28,490 nt of DNA from Neophaeotheca triangularis. Taxonomy: Eukaryota. Where the stretch lies: contig BAAIJX010000070.1 in assembly GCA_054600435.1 (NCBI GenBank), forward strand, positions 62,001-90,490, given 5' to 3'. The notes beneath the pieces are model-generated. The model did not search any database, was not told the DNA's origin, and saw only the letters and a program-made list of their open reading frames with translations. Position 1 is the first letter of the stretch. Every line of letters starts with the position of its first letter. Of this stretch, positions 8,809-19,699 are shown one piece after another. Position numbers and translations under genes: made by a program.

Positions 8809-11755
8809 TCAATTCGGACTCCCCCCTTCGCCCACACACCTCCCTGACGCGGACGCGGACCCAGACCCGGCCACCCTCGCGCCGGACCCCCCCTTCCCAC
8901 TCCTCCCACCAGCCCCCTTCTCAAAATGCTCTGGCCCCTGATTGGCAAAAACAAAGCTCCTCGGCTGGCCACCATTATCCATCATTCCACCCCAGCCCAT
9001 GACTCCAGAAGAAGAAGAGCCGGAAGCAGCAGCGGAAGCGGAGAGAGAGGATAAATGCCCTGGTTTGCGGGGCGTGGCGGCGCGTTTGAGGTCTTCTGGA
9101 GGCGAGTACTCGTGAACTGTGAGTTCGGGTTGTGCGGGTTTAGGTGGGGGCATGGTAGTGGTGGTGGAGGAGGGGTGGTGCTGGTGATGAGGGTGGGGTT
9201 GGAATTGGGGGGGTGGCGGTGGTGGGAGTTGGGTGAAGTGGTGCGGAGGAGGTTGTTGTTGTTGTTGTTGTTGCTGTTGTTGGTGGTGGTGGTGGTGGTG
9301 GAGTTGTTGTTGTTGTTGCTGTTGTTGCGGTTGTTGAGGCGGGTAATGCTGCATTGTTTGCGAAGGGTACATGACTTGCATGTTATTGTCCATTGTGACG
9401 ACGGGCATACCGTTGGCGTAGGGTGGGTAGGCGACGCTCGAGGTGGCGGGTATCATGTATGGTTGGCTGGCGGTGATGTTCATGTTGGGCATGGAGACGG
9501 AGTGGGGCATTTGCTGCATGAATTGTGTTGGCTGTTGTTGTGGGTAAGGGTAGTGCTGCATTTGCGGGTGCTGCTGGTGCTGCGGCGGGATCGGAGCGTT
9601 CGCAGTCGGTTGCTGCATCTGTTGCAGCGGCTGAGTGGAGGCCGGGACGAACGTGTTCCCCGGGAAGCATTGTTGGGATGCCGGCGCCGACTGCGGTGGA
9701 GTGTTCTCGGTGACGGAATTAGTGTTCGGTCTTTGGGGCAGTTGAAACTGCGCTTGGTTGCGAAAGTGCGGTGTGTGTGGCGGCGATGAAAAGTTTTGAT
9801 TTATAGTCGCGGCGGAAGGAGCGAATGGGACGCCGTGTTCAGGAAGCGGCTGTTCGAGGTCGCTTTCGCTGATGCTCGGCTGACGGCTTGATTGATGGCC
9901 TGATCCAGATGAAATCCGAGATGAAAAGGCGCGCTGTTGATCGGACCTGGAAAATTCTCGCGGTGACATTGGCGTCGGAGGAGCCAACGACGATTGACTG
10001 GACACGTGACGCAGGGCTTTGGGTGAATTCATGGCATTGTTGAAGGTCCATGCTAGCGGCGACTGCTGGGCTGAGATCGTTCCCGACTTTTGGACACGCC
10101 CAGACGCAATGCCGTTGATCACATTGTGCGACTTTATGCGTCGAAGCGGCTGACCTGGACTAAGTGTTGTCGGTGGCTGCGGTTGTCCGGGCGAATCTGT
10201 CTGCTGTGCCCCGTTGTATGAATGACTTCGTATGGACGCCAAACCAAGCGCCGCAGGTCGTGGTCGCTGTCGACGTGTCGCTATGCTCGTAGGGGGGACG
10301 GGAGTACGGACATTTGCGCCTTGAGCTTGTTGTGAAGGGTGAATGCCGACGTTGCTCATCGACTGGGTGAGCATCGAGGCGGAAGATTCGCGCCTCGCGT
10401 AAGCCTCGTCCGAGGGCCATGCCAGCGGCTGCTCGTGCTCAAGATACGGTTCATATTGTGCCGGTCCTCTCAGGTTGCGCGCTTGTGCCGCTTGCTGGAA
10501 TTCTTGTGTAAGCTGATTAAAGTCCACTGGCACGGACTGCCCGGGCTGCCACTTGTTGGAGGAAGCCGGGGGGGCTCCTTGCGGTTGTTGGATTTGTGGT
10601 GGTTGCGCGGGAGAGCTATCATTCCGGAAATGCGCAGAAACAGAGGAAGATCTACTTCCTCCCCAGTCTGAGCTTGAAGTGGAACGATTGGCATTGTGCC
10701 TCCAAGAGTTGTTTGATGGAAAGCCCACAGATTGTTCAGAGAGCGTTGACGGGACAGTCGAGTCAATGCTGGAGAGTGGTCCCATTTGCGCGGGAAAGGC
10801 AAAGTTGTCCTGTGGCTTGAAGTCGTCTTGCAGTTCTGGGAACATTTGGCTCAGCATGCTCGTATCATTGGTCGCTTGAAAGTTGTTCTGCCGTGCCCAT
10901 ACGTCAAAGGTATCCTGTGTGAGAGTCCGGCGGTTCATCTCTTGAGGGCTATCAAACAAATCGTCAGGATCCACGCTTTCGTCGTACGAGTCTGTCTTTG
11001 CGAGCGGCAATCCATTTCCGTACCCATTGCTGTCGTATGCCTGACTGTTGTGCGCTTGTGATTGTCCCATCTGCGACATGTCCATGCCATTATTTGATTG
11101 TTCCTCCGGCGAGCATTCTTGCATCATGGAGAAGTAGTCGGAGGAAGCAAAAGCTGGAGAGCTATCGGAGTCGGAGCTATAGCCATTTTGTTGCTGTTGG
11201 GGATGATGAGGTTGAAATTGAGGTTGCGGTTGCGAATGCGGTAGCGACTGCGGCTGTGACTCTGTCTGGGGTTCTGAATGGGACTGGGATTGGGAATGGG
11301 ACCGGGACTGCGATTGTGGTTGAGACTGTTGCTGTGATTGATCGGACGGGTAAAGGTTGACGGCGTCTGCCGCCTTCTTCGCGTCTTGCTTTGACTTGGC
11401 CCTGCGATTTTGAAACCAATTCTGGCTCAACAGTAAGCAATCATCCCGGGGAGTTCGGCTGTGCGTGCGGGTTACCTACATTCACTTTGTCTAGTGATAC
11501 CCCCAAGCTCTCGGCGAAACCTCTCTTGGTGTTGGTGTTGGGTTTGGACTGGTTGCGAAAGTGTGCTTCCAGTATGTCGTGCTGTTCTTTGCTGAGACGA
11601 GGCTTGACGTCGCAGGTCAATTGGCCGGGATTTTGGCCGTAAAAGGCGGCATGGTCAGCTATGGACATGGCGCCGGGTTGGTTATAGAGGCGTTGTAGCT
11701 GTTCCTGTGTCAACTGCTGGAAGGCAGGATGCTGCGCATAGTGTGTGGGATCCAT
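8809..11755 (-). CDS. hbxA: Homeobox transcription factor, HbxA/Htf1/Hox2-like developmental regulator; exons 11755-11480 and 11421-8809, ~962 aa
   Basis: Homeodomain KPRLSKEQHDILEAHF..KPNTNTKRGFAESLGVSLDKVN|NWFQNRRAKSKQ split by a 58-nt intron (GTAGGT..CAG, 11479-11422). RRQRPRPAALG motif as in HbxA-type proteins. Start context CCGCCATGG with an in-frame TGA 9 nt upstream. Confidence 0.9.
9250..9336 (-). repeat. Coding (CAA)n/(CAC)n microsatellites encoding polyQ-polyH-polyQ
   Basis: PQQPQQQQQQQQLHHHHHHQQQQQQQQQQPPP in the homeobox ORF. Confidence 0.95.
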
Positions 11756-11966
11756 GGCGGATCAAAGCAAGGTCGGTCACGCTGTCGATATGCTCAATGG
11801 CAGGATTATGCAGGCTAAAAAGGGTTCGATCAATCGAGCCTCGAGTGATGGAATGGTGGTACAAAGAAGCGCTGTCGTTGGACTCGTCGCAAGTCTGATT
11901 ACGATTATAGTACGGGCGGGTTGGTAGATGTGATTACCGCCAAGGGAACGAGGCGCAGGCGCTGAA

Positions 11967-11975
11967 TTATATCAT
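11967..11975 (-). promoter_or_regulatory. Minimal uORF (ATG ATA TAA) in CACC Kozak-like context upstream of the homeobox ORF
   Basis: Minus strand reads TCACCATGATATAA, 220 nt upstream of the main ATG. Inclusion in the mRNA is inferred. Confidence 0.55.
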
Positions 11976-12409
11976 GGTGATCCCGACGAAGCCGAAATAG
12001 CGAGAGTTGGTTGGAAGAGTCGGATGTGCGCGGTGAGGAGATGTGGTCAGCAAGATTGGCTGAGCTGAGGTAGTAGCGAGAGTGGGGTGGTGGTGGTCGT
12101 CGTCGTCGTCGCTGTTGGGTGTGGAGGTGGTAGGGGTGTTATCAGCGAGTGATTAGTTAGGACGATAAGGTGTAATAATGGTGATTGGGGAAAGAGTAGT
12201 AAGTAGAAGAAGTAGCAGTTGGTAGTAGTGAGCAGTGGTAGTAGTTGAAACGGAGGAAAAAGAAGAGGATCAGGGTAAAGTGTATGCAGTAGTCGAGGTA
12301 GATAGCAGTAGTGCCGGGTAGCGGGTGGGCGCCCAGGTGGAGTCGAGTTTGGAGTGGAGCTTTACTTGGGTACAACAAAAGCCGAAAGCTGCCCTGACTA
12401 GGAAGAGAT

Positions 12410-12429
12410 GGTGGTGGTGGTGGTGGTGG

Positions 12430-12462
<33 letters not shown>

Positions 12463-12526
12463 CAAGGTGGAGGAGGAGGTAGAATAGGAGGTGGAGGATG
12501 ATGATGATGTTGTTGTTGTTGTTGTT
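12410..12526. repeat. Compound trinucleotide microsatellite (GGT)7(GAT)10 ... (GAT)4(GTT)6
   Basis: Read directly from the sequence. Confidence 0.95.
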
Positions 12527-12855
12527 GATTGAGCTATACGTTTCGAGTATGAATTGCCGTCGTCTTGGTGGTGGTGGTTGATAGGTCGATGGTTGGTAGT
12601 GGTGGGAGTGGTGGTTAGGTAGTAAGCGGTGGTGGACAGTAAGGTAGTACCAGCGTAGTAGCACTAGAGTCAGGCAGAGCAAAGGTGATGAGATTTTCCG
12701 AGTAGTAGCGTCGGGTCGTCGTCGCAGTTTGCGATCAAGATTCAAGCCGTCTAGGTGGTAGTGGTAGTGGTGGTAGTGGTGGTGCTGGCTCCTCTCGATT
12801 CTTGAGCCTCTAAGGGGGGTCGGGGTGGGGATCGGCGGAAGGTGGAAGAGACTAG

Positions 12856-12935
12856 GTACTACTACTACTACTCGGTCGTGACAAGACTACTACTACCTTA
12901 CCACTGCTACTACTACTACTACTAAAACTACTACC
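12856..12935. repeat. Interrupted (ACT)n repeats
   Basis: Several tactactac runs read directly. Confidence 0.85.
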
Positions 12936-15900
12936 AAGTGCTAGGAGGTAGGTAACTCAAGAGTCGAGAGTACTAGTCAGGGATCACCGTCTACTCTCCT
13001 CTCTCACGCCGTCGAAGCCGCCGTGCCGCCCGCGACGGAAAAGAGTGGCCTCCGCCTTAGCTTTGTCCATCACACACATTTTGCTACTATTAATAATAAT
13101 ACCATAGGTACTTTGCCGACTATACTCCTACTATATACCGCATACCTACCTAAATAGATACTCTGTGTACATGTAACTCCCATTGTATCGCTATTTACAC
13201 ACACCTCCTTCCCCCTTCCATGTGCGACATGACGAGTCTCGGAAACGATTATAATAGTATACACTTCTCACGCAATGCCATCATGGTGATGTACCAACTA
13301 CCTAGCCATCGGCACACTTAAGCAAGCTTCTCGCTTGTCCCGTCCGTTCGCTCGTCTCGCCCTAACCGCCGAGACTACTCTCACTCTTGCGCCTCGAGAG
13401 CAACGGCCGAGATGATGAGCGCCATGCCATGTACAAGACTACTTCCTCCGCCACGGCAGCTCGGAACGGGAGACGGTAAGCTATAATAGTAGTAGTCATG
13501 CCGTGTAGCATGTACAGTATGTTATGCTCAGGTACAGATTTTGGCCTTCGTCGTCGCTCCCGTCAGACGGCCAGCCCGCCTCGCTCGCTCGTGCCGCATC
13601 CGCATGTGCCTGGCGAAAGTCTGACGGGGCGCGAACCATCATTAGCACCGGCGGGTGAGGTGACGTGAAAAGCGTGGCAGCATAGGAGACAGACGGCTAG
13701 CAGCCTCGCATGGCTTGAACCATCACCCCATCACCTCTCAGCCTCTCCGTGCGTCCCTCCAAGTGGTACCTGCCGAGACTGTTTCGCGAACTGGCCAAAC
13801 GCCTCGCTAGCACAACGTCGAGTTACGCGGTCGGCTTGACTCAAGTCGTCAACACAACAATGTGAGCGGAACGAGGGCGCTTTCCATACATCAACCTGCT
13901 CTGTAATTCATTATTAGTTTTCACCTGTTGATTTGGAGTACAGAGCTCCCGTCGGCTCAACAGCGACTCCACGAGTCGGCAAAGTGGAGAGCTGAGTACT
14001 AGTACCCGTCCCTGCACGTACCGCGCACGTACCTGGTTTTTGTGCGATTTGGCCCGGCAGATCTGATCTGCGCGGAGGCCCTGATGAAGAGGCGACGGCG
14101 GCCGATCCTTATTGGTAGTCCTACTCCTACCGTCTGACAATGAAATGAAACTCCAAAGCGAACATTTCGCGATGATGAGACTCTGAGCACAGATGCATAC
14201 CTAGCTAGATGCCTCCCAAGACACCTTCCAGCTTCCTCGGCGGCTAGGCGCATAAAACAACATGTAAGGGCCCGGTCGGTGCGAAAAGAGAGCGGGAGGT
14301 GACGATGCCACCAACCTCGACATGACGATTAATGATTGGCGACGGGCTCGACGGGCGCGAGGTTCCTTGGTCCTAACTCCTCGTGGTCGAAACCGTGCGG
14401 CGTGAGCGGACCGGGAATAAAGTGCACGCGATTTGGCAACTGTAGCCGACTCGGCGCTCGCCGTCTGGGTCCCTAACCATTATTGCGCGTGCCTACCAGT
14501 ACTACGCTCGAGCCTCGAGCTGGCGATGGTTATCATGTTCGTGGTATGCGTGCAGGTTCGACTTGACGTATTTTTGGTGGTAGGTCGGCAAGCGGCGGAA
14601 TCGTTGACGAAACACGCGACAGGGCATAAGTTCCATATCTGCTATGCGCACCCCTGAAGATCGCCCGCATCGCCTTCGCATCGTGCATAGTAAGTTACTT
14701 GGTGCACCTACATACGATACCTCACTATCATTATTATGTATACATCAAAAGCCGCTCGGATGATCGCCGTGGAGAGAAAGAGCCTTCCGTTGGCCCCTGG
14801 GTCCAGGGTGATAGTGAGCGGTGCGGTGGAGAAGTTTCCGCCATAGGCCGTGCTTTCCGCGTCTTGGCTGGAGAGAACAGACTTCAGCTCTCCCTCTCTT
14901 AACTTTTCAACCGACAAACTCACCACTCCATCACCAAACCATGAATGACTCTCCTGCCTCTCTGTTCCCCTCTGTCTCTCGTTTCAAGACACGGTTAGGG
15001 CTGTACCTGGTTGATATGATAAGAGAGCCGAGGTCCCAGTGAGACGCAATGGCTTCCGACAGGCTGCTCAGCTATCCAGAATCAAAACCATCACTGCGTC
15101 TTGACTATTCAAGAACCTAGTCGAGTCGCGTGAATAGATCATCCCAACCCACCTGGATCGTTCAACCTTAGGAGTCTGATGAGACTTTGACCTCCTCCGG
15201 CCGCCAGACTTCGCCATTTCCCTTGTCATCCGCCATCCCGTAAACTCTACAAAGACCGTGCCTCGTGTAGAGATGCCCTCTCGGAATCCCTCGTCAACGC
15301 TGTGGGCGTGCGGACTCCTCTGCAATAAATCATCACCGGCCTTAGCGGACTTACGCAGTGACGGGACGCGAATGTCTTCTGCCCACAGCTCGCATCAAAG
15401 TACAGCACTCCACCACTCCGTGCAGCGAAGCGCGCTACGCAGTCTCCGCTACGGCGGCTTTTTGGTCTTACCCCTGCATACTGCAGTCTGCAACCCACCA
15501 ACATCAGACGCCGGACTCAGGTACCCGTTCTGGAGATCCGCAGCCATTATTCTGACCATCTTTCAAAAGTCTGACTTCAGCTGAGTCGTGGAGAAAGTCC
15601 CTTGTAGCCCATCTGGCACTGCACGTGTTGGACGTCAAATCACGAAACACGCTACATAGGTCAACAACCGTTGACAACCGTACAGTATTTGCGCCATTGC
15701 TCGGCTAGATAGTCGCACAAAATGTATCTGTTGCGTATACCTATGTGGAGAGTGGCTGATGTCGAGACCGTCTTGACTCGAGCGGGAGTTCATTTTCCCG
15801 AGAAGTCGGCGAGGAATCACAGCAGCACAACCTACTCCCACCAAAGATAAAAGGAAAAAGAAAAGCGACGCTCTAGACGTTTCAGATAACGAGACTTCCC

Positions 15901-16905
15901 AACCCGCAAGGTAGGTAGCCGGGAGTTCGCCACGGCAAGCACCTACTCTCGCACCCTTTCGGAGTCGACAAGTCGCGACACCTCTTAAGACGAGTCTCCC
16001 CGTCCGACCAGCAATAGCATCACCACCCACACTCTTCATCTCGCAGGTGACAGGGTAAGTGCGCAAGCGTCACGCCACGCGTCCCGAGCGAAAGCATCCA
16101 GATCCTAGTCATGAGGACAGCAATAGCATCCAAGAAGCTCGACAGAACTCTGCAACGTCACGCCTCCGGCAACCACACCAAGAAACGCCGCGAGGAGCAC
16201 ACTATTCTTCCCAGACCCGGCTCGGCCACGCCGGTATCCCCGTTGGAGCAGCGGGCCGGGGAAATCAGAGTTCTCACTTGCAGTCAAATTCTGGCGAACT
16301 TCTAGATACGAAGAGTTGGTGTGCTGCGCTCCCGCAGGGCCGCCGCGCTCGAGACGTTGAGCGGGAGCCGCCTAAGCCGCCACGTTTTGCGACTACTTTC
16401 TATTCATCTACTACGAATCTCCAACAAGCGGTAGGTAGGAAATACCCGCAGCGCAGTCTTGCGTCCGAGCAGAGGCTCTACGGGCTTTGAGGCTTGAGTA
16501 TTCGTAAGAGTAGCGAGAATTACGGCGACTTTGTCTTGTGCTGGAAGAAGCAGGAACCTCGCACAAGCCGTGTTCGGCTCGTAATACATACTGTATCATC
16601 GATTCCAACCTCACGTCCCTTCTCATTTACAACCGTAACATCAATTACAGACTACAGTCCCGCCTCTCAAAGTTTTGTAGCAATATGGCTACTTTCCTAG
16701 GCGCTGATGCCTCCGCCATCCCGCATGTGTAGATATAGCCCCTGCATAGTAGTAGTATATGGTAAGCGGTAACCACAGACCCTCAACTTACAATCCCTCG
16801 GCCCCAAAGCTCTTACATGTAACTCCAACTCCAGCTCTAGTATCAGCTCCAGCTTTAGCTCTAATAAACGGACCCCCTAGCTACCTTTCGCGCTCCCCCT
16901 ACAAA

Positions 16906-17067
16906 GTCACGACCTTAAAGTCATCACGATCTGATCTCAGAGTCACGATCCTAAGGTCACGATCTCAACACTACGACCTTAAAACTACGACCTTAGAACT
17001 ACGACGTTAGAACTACGACCTTAAAACGACCTCAAGACCACGACCTCAAGACTACAACCTCAAGACC
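16906..17067. repeat. 14-bp minisatellite, ~11 degenerate units, consensus roughly ACYACGACCTYAAR
   Basis: Units include gtcacgaccttaaa, gtcacgatcctaag, gtcacgatctcaac, actacgaccttaaa, actacgaccttaga, actacgacgttaga, actacgaccttaaa, accacgacctcaag, actacaacctcaag. Confidence 0.9.
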
Positions 17068-17170
17068 CCGTTCGGCCGCAATCGGGCACACATTCATCCA
17101 TCCATCCATCTATCTACCCACTCATCTAACCCCTCTACCGCGCAGCGGGTAGCGTGTAACGTAATTAGAC

Positions 17171-17196
17171 TAGGTAGGTAGGTAGGTAGGTAGGTA
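17171..17196. repeat. (TAGG)6 microsatellite
   Basis: Read directly from the sequence. Confidence 0.95.
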
Positions 17197-17536
17197 AAGC
17201 TATAGTAGCCACGACTCTCTATAGTGACTCTACAGGGGAAGAGAGAGGGAGCGAGGGAAAGAGGGAGAGAAAAAGAAGGAATGAGAAGGCTTCTCTAGGC
17301 TTACGAGCGCGCTTTCGCGATGGGGGAGTCTCGGGTTTATTATGTGCGTTAGGGAATAGGGCGGCAGGTTACGGTAGTGAAGGCGTTGTGGTTAGGTGAG
17401 GTTAGGGTTAAGCGTGAGGTTAAAGAGAGAGGTGGCTTTAGGGCGGAGGGAGTTTCTAGGGTTAGGTGGGATAGATAGGCGGATGTGGTAGGGCTGGGTG
17501 GCTGGCTCGCTGTGGTGGGCGCTCTCGGGGATGCTA

Positions 17537-17562
17537 TTCTTCTTCTTCTTCTTCTTCTTCTT

Positions 17563-17592
<30 letters not shown>
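17537..17592. repeat. Perfect (TTC)18 microsatellite
   Basis: Read directly from the sequence. Confidence 0.97.
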
Positions 17593-17595
<3 letters not shown>

Positions 17596-17971
17596 CGCCT
17601 TCTTCGATCGCGAGGGGCCGTGGGTGTTGATGGTGGAGTGAGAGGGAACGAGTTGAAGAGGGTGCTTCGTTTCCTAGCCGTACGGCCGATTTCGTTGTCG
17701 AAGGGTGACTTGAGGTTTACGAGGGGGTTTCTAGCCCACTTACTAATAGAGAGCTACGGACAGGAAGCATATTTAAGTGAATTGATGTTTTCATAGTTGC
17801 CCTAATGGTTTACTTTTAAGTTTGTACTCTCTATACCTAGCCTCTATGAACTATTATCTTGCAAAACATAATCGCCGCTCGCTATACCGCGCTCGCAAAA
17901 CTCGCTCGACCTAGCACTCCCTATACTGTCCCCTCTAGAACTAGCCAAGACAAAAGAGAACAAACCCCCTA

Positions 17972-18736
17972 TTACTCAACCAATGCATCCCGAATCTCGA
18001 CCCTCACAACTCCCTTCCCACCCTCCCACCCCACAACCCTCACACTCCTCAAATCCCTAACAATCCAATCCGCCCCCGCCTCCCTCAACCTACCAACCTC
18101 ATGCGTAGTCGCGACAGCCAACACCCTAAACCCAGCCGCCTTCCCCGCCCTAACCCCGGCAGGCGCATCCTCCAAAACCAAAGCCCCCTCTCCCTCCCCA
18201 TCCCCATCAATCCCGCCACTAACCCCCAACCTCTCCATCCCGAGCCGATAACACGCCGGCGCCGGCTTGCCCTCCCTAACCATCTCCGCCGTAACCAAAA
18301 CCCTCGGTTTCGCCAACGCCATCACCTCCAACCAACCTTGCACCAAAGGACCCGTCCCACTAGTAACAATAGCCCAAGGAACGCCGCTGCGCTCCAGCTC
18401 ACCCAGCAACCCCCTCGCACCCGGAATCTCCACGGCATCGCCGCCCCACTCGCGCGGAACTCGAGCTTCGGCTTCGCGCACATAGTCCCACGTCGCGAGC
18501 TCGGGAGCCAGGAGCGCGAGCACGTCGATGCTGCGCCGGCCGTGTGAGGTCTCGAGGATCGTGGCCGGGTCGACGCCGATGGCTGCGCCGATGCGTTTCC
18601 AGTGTTTGATGATTGCTGGGGTCGAGTCGATGATTGTGCCGTCCATGTCGAAGAGGAGGGCGGTGAAGGGGTGGGTTGTTGGAGGGGAGGTGAAGGAGTG
18701 GGGGGTCAGGTCCGGGGCGTGGGGGAGGGTTGTCAT
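17972..18736 (-). CDS. gppA: HAD-superfamily phosphatase, glycerol-3-phosphatase (Gpp1/Gpp2/GppA)-like, 254 aa
   Basis: HAD motifs LFDMDGTIIDS, SHGRRSID, WAIVTSG, GKPAPACY, EDAPAG. Confidence 0.88.
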   Translation of the reverse strand: MTTLPHAPDLTPHSFTSPPTTHPFTALLFDMDGTIIDSTPAIIKHWKRIGAAIGVDPATILETSHGRRSIDVLALLAPELATWDYVREAEARVPREWGGDAVEIPGARGLLGELERSGVPWAIVTSGTGPLVQGWLEVMALAKPRVLVTAEMVREGKPAPACYRLGMERLGVSGGIDGDGEGEGALVLEDAPAGVRAGKAAGFRVLAVATTHEVGRLREAGADWIVRDLRSVRVVGWEGGKGVVRVEIRDALVE

Positions 18737-18882
18737 GGTTTGGGTTGCGGGAGGGAAGGTGGTTAGCGGGTAGGTGTTGAGTGGTTGAGTGGTTTTCTCT
18801 CGGGCGATTTGTAGCTTTTGGATGGCGCGGATTTGGTGAAGTTGTTTCCCGTAGAGGGTCTTGTCTTTCTGGTGTTGGTGGT

Positions 18883-18936
18883 CTAGTATCTTAGGGCGGG
18901 TTTGCTAGTTTTCGGCTTCTTTGTTTTGCTTCTTAC
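18883..18936 (-). other. Candidate 54-nt 5'-UTR intron of the HAD phosphatase gene
   Basis: GAG|GTAAGA donor, CCCTAAG branch-like site, TACTAG acceptor. Size matches the other introns in the window. Confidence 0.4.
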
Positions 18937-19699
18937 CTCAACCGTCCGTTCACTTTTCTGCGTCTAGTCGTGAGGACTTGATCGTGAAGACTTGCGTTAC
19001 AGATAAGAAGGGAGCTGGATAGAAAGGGTTTTCCTTCTACATCACCTACCGAGTAGAGTTTCCGTGACCTTTTTCACGTTGGATCTAAGTTGATCTTTTT
19101 GAAGTCGGGAGTCACTCTTCTCGGCAATCGTCCGCCTGGCAGCAAATCATGAGTGTCAAGGTAAGCGGTCGACGAGGTCGGCTTTTGTGTCGGGGTTGCC
19201 TGTTTTGGGATAGCGTCGGGGACGTCGCCTTCTGCCAGGGACCGGACGGTCGACGACTGCCAGTACCTTATTAGGTACCTCGACGCATCACGAGGCAGAA
19301 GGTGAGGTGAGGTACTTTAGCCATCAAAGACATACGAAACGCCCGTTACAAACAATCATAACCTCAAAATTAACAATCTGCCCTGGTCTTCAAAAGAGGC
19401 GCAGTGTAATGGACGATTTATAGCTACTGTACTCCTTCCCCATCACACATCACGTGTTCTAAACGAGCGGACGAATAGAATGGAACGACCGGACCTCTCA
19501 GGGGATTTTAAGACATGCAGCCTCACTGTGATTGCTTCTGGGGCCGCTTGCTTGAATCCTTCGCCACGCGTACCGAGATAGGAGACTGAAATACTTACCT
19601 AGCCTCTACGAGCTACAAGGTACAAGTACAGTATGTTTGACCAAGGACGTTTCTTTTGATTCTAACCCAACTGCAACTCCTCCGGCTTATATAACAGCC

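Noticed and set aside
9055..9789. 244-aa Leu/Val-rich plus-strand ORF
   Set aside because: It is the antisense reading of the polyQ/H/P region of the homeobox gene.
14170..14190. C-box ATGATGA followed by D-box CTGA
   Set aside because: The spacing is far too short for a C/D snoRNA and no terminal stem or guide is evident.
14570..14632. Sm-site-like ATTTTTG and a nearby ATAAGT as a telomerase-RNA or snRNA 3' end
   Set aside because: The motifs are ~50 nt apart rather than adjacent, and only chance-level 8-nt template-like matches lie upstream.
16906..17067. CRISPR-like array
   Set aside because: The units are contiguous 14-mers with no unique spacers, the context is eukaryotic, and there are no cas genes.
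17485..17796. ORF with a poly-Leu stretch resembling a transmembrane or signal peptide
   Set aside because: The poly-Leu is just the (TTC)18 microsatellite. The ORF has a GTG start and no other coding signal.
16918..18993. 13/14 inverted match (AAGTCATCACGATC vs GATCGTGAAGACTT) flanking the HAD gene as transposon TIRs
   Set aside because: A match this size is expected by chance over 2 kb, and there is no target-site duplication or transposase.
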